From NCBI GenBank assembly GCA_023515795.1, contig JALGPX010000005.1, positions 186,001 through 210,185 of the forward strand: a DNA stretch of 24,185 nucleotides, written 5' to 3'. Numbering within the stretch: position 1 is the first letter of the stretch; each line of letters starts with the position of its first letter. A model generated the notes under the pieces. That model was not told the origin of the DNA. It was given only the letters and a program-made list of their open reading frames with translations, and made no database searches. A program made the position numbers and the translations under genes. This stretch comes from Amoeboaphelidium occidentale. Its lineage: Eukaryota. Positions 22,238 through 24,185 of the stretch are shown piece by piece.

Positions 22238-22961
22238 TGTTGAAGTTTGATGGTTCACGGACGACAAGCGTCATTCCATCATGAATGACCTGAAACAACC
22301 GTCATTGCCCTCTCAAGATTGGATACTTTATCTGAATGATGAAACTGAAATAAATATAAAAAGGACCATGAAATTCTATTTAATAAATAACTATCACAGT
22401 TCTAACAATCCCCCGTGCTCTACTTTTACTTTGAATAATATTCTGAACCAAGTTACCATCTGCAATTTTCTTTAGATACTGAAGATTTACATGCCCATAT
22501 CTCTGATGCATGAGCTGTAATTTTTGACTAGCTTGGTCTTGAACTTGACAAGACTTGTGCGAAACATCATTAAACACAATGCATGGCAATCGATTCTTTA
22601 GNTCGTCGATAAAGCAGATACTGTACCTTTCCCCCTTCAAACCAGGGACACTGACTTGTTTTATATCACAATGAATCCGATCTCCAACATCTTTAGCTTC
22701 AGCCCAAGTATGTTCTTCATTTAGTGATTTTGCCGTCATCTTGTTCCTCTCACATATATCACAGTGTACAGACAATCTTGATGAATCAACCTTCGGGATA
22801 TTCTGAACCAAGTTACCATCTGCAATTTTCTTTAGATACTGAGGATTTACATGCCCATATCTCTGATGCATGAGCTGTAATTTCTGACTAGCTTGGTCTT
22901 GAACTTGACAAGACTTGTGCGAAACATCATTAAACACAATGCATGGCAATCGATTCTTTAG
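22038..22961. repeat. 359 bp direct duplication across the N at 22602 (22038-22237 + 22443-22601 repeated as 22603-22961)
   Basis: Near-identical copies differing by the 200 bp insertion and by two substitutions I could find (22483 A vs 22843 G; 22524 T vs 22884 C). Confidence 0.92.
22238..22437 (-). mobile_element. 200 bp nested insertion in the integrase region: ~170 bp LTR-like unit (22238-22407) plus 30 bp with a PPT-like tract, flanked by an ATATT TSD
   Basis: The empty site GGATATTCTG is visible at 22796-22805. The filled site has ATATT at 22233-22237 and 22438-22442. The minus strand reads ...GAGCACGGGGGAT-TGTTAGAA...CTTCAACA. Confidence 0.85.
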
Positions 22962-24098
22962 TTGCACTTCAGCAATTCTTTCAGTGTTCTTGAGTAACCA
23001 CCCTGACTTGGTTTCTGCGTTCATTTGCATTGATATACCTCTTCTCATTAACTGTGTGACTGATAGCAAGTTCAGTTCGGCATCAGGAACATAAGCAACG
23101 TCTTCTAATCTGATTATTCTGTCCTTATACAACATTTCCACAGTTCCTAAACCAACAGCTTTCATACCTTGACCCCTTTTAGCAACGGAAATGTCAATGC
23201 TTCTTTTATAGTCAATCTCCACAAACAAATCTTTACGAGGTGTGAGATGAATTGTCGAACCAGAATCCAAATACCAAATGCTCATGTCTTTATTCACTTC
23301 TTCTTCCACAGCTACGTTTGCCTTTTCCTTTGTCTCATCCTTGCAGTCTCTAGCTATATGCCCTTCAAGGTTGCACCTGAAACACTTGACTTTTCCCTTA
23401 CAATCATACGTTTTGTGGTCTTTCGATCCACATTTCCCACATCTGGAGCCATGTTTTGTCTTCGCCGTTGCGGCATTAGCCTTGTGACCAGCGTCTGAAT
23501 TCTGAGCGGCTTTACTCAACTTCAACTGGCTTTCCTTTTCCATCAGCTTTCTCTCGAGTTCTGCAGTTGTTATTTCCAAACCAAGAGTTGTTGCACCGAT
23601 TGCGTCAACCAAACTATTGTAGACAGTCGGTAGCGATGAAATAACCGCACAATTGAACACGATATTGCTAATTTCATGTCCTTGTTCCGCCAGTAACGAA
23701 CGTAATTCCTTCATTTTCGCCAAATGTTTTCCCAAAGAACCTGAGCCGTCATATTTCAGATTGAAAATCTTCGAGAATAACTGCGCCGTCTGCACCAAGC
23801 TTAAACGACTGTAACTAACCAAATGAAGCCACATTTCTGATGATGTTAGCATTTCCTTAATCTCAGTGTAGATATGAGGAGCGACTGCACCACCAATAAT
23901 ACCCTTAGCGACATCATTCTTTTCATGCCAACGATCAAGAACTTCAGGATCAGCGTCTTCAGGAGGAACTTGAACTGTGCCGTTAGCGATTCTCCATACG
24001 CCTTTCTTTTGAAGCGTTGCCTTAATTTCTTGCGCCCAGTGCGCATAATTGCTAGAACCTTGGAGGACGTGCTTAACGTTGTCGATAGCAGGGCTCAT
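22603..24098 (-). CDS. Copia gag-pol polyprotein, 5' part (Gag, two CCHC knuckles, protease, integrase HHCC and start of the core)
   Basis: LQGSSNYAHW...LQKKGVW gag start, CGKCGSKDHKTYDC and CFRCNLEGHIARDC knuckles, protease WYLDSGST, HQRYGH...CDIC, IHCD. The ORF-track extension past the N at 22602 is duplicated sequence. Joining 22603 to 22037 gives one uninterrupted 1308 aa ORF. Confidence 0.93.
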
Positions 24099-24101
24099 AA
24101 C
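24088..24101 (-). promoter_or_regulatory. Primer-binding site complementary to the anticodon arm of initiator tRNA-Met (half-tRNA priming)
   Basis: Minus strand GTTATGAGCCCTGC. Its complement GCAGGGCTCATAAC matches the fungal (yeast-type) tRNA-iMet anticodon stem-loop, and it abuts the terminal CA of the LTR. Confidence 0.9.
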
Positions 24102-24185
24102 TGTCGACGTTTCACTAAGAAACGCTTAACTTACTTAACTGTAAACCTAGCAAGACCGAAATAAACGCACTTCGTTCACTTCGCT
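24102..24185 (-). repeat. 5' LTR, 3' (U5) end; truncated by the window edge
   Basis: Ends ...ACGTCGACA on the minus strand directly before the PBS; identical to 19106-19188. Confidence 0.92.

Larger units (their letters stand above)
19106..24185 (-). mobile_element. Ty1/copia LTR retrotransposon (half-tRNA-primed, Ty5/copia-like); 5' LTR runs off the right edge; assembled as a mosaic with N joins at 19189, 19506 and 22602
   Basis: Domain order is gag-PR-IN-RT-RH. Identical LTR end sequence at 24102-24184 and 19106-19188, PBS at 24088-24101, PPT at 19600-19608, and LTR start TGTTGGAAT at 19599. Confidence 0.95.

Noticed and set aside
22380..22601. Apparent internal protein repeat and novel C-terminus in the 572 aa gag ORF
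   Set aside because: Produced by reading through the N join into duplicated sequence and the nested insertion.
24088..24101. tRNA-Met gene
   Set aside because: Only the 14 nt anticodon-arm match is present with no cloverleaf; it is the PBS.

Overview
Gene-dense eukaryotic DNA, most likely from an early-diverging fungus or relative (inference from protein types, tiny intergenic spacers and 32-50 nt GT-AG introns; standard genetic code). Positions 1-18332 hold six genes: a cytoplasmic dynein-1 heavy chain (minus strand, 3 introns, runs off the left edge), a divergent AAA+ ATPase, a 4-exon ADF-H + PH-domain protein, a 3-exon voltage-gated-type K+ channel, a secreted protein with possible ependymin/LolA-like fold, and an EEP (DNase I-like) hydrolase. 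A ~770 bp unexplained stretch follows. Positions 19106-24185 hold a Ty1/copia LTR retrotransposon on the minus strand, primed by a half tRNA-iMet (Ty5/copia type), with the gag ATG inside the primer-binding site. It is assembled with three single-N joins that create a perfect 83+83 bp palindrome and a 359 bp duplication. One of the duplicated copies carries a 200 bp nested insertion with a 5 bp target-site duplication; it looks like the polypurine tract plus 3' LTR of a different element.
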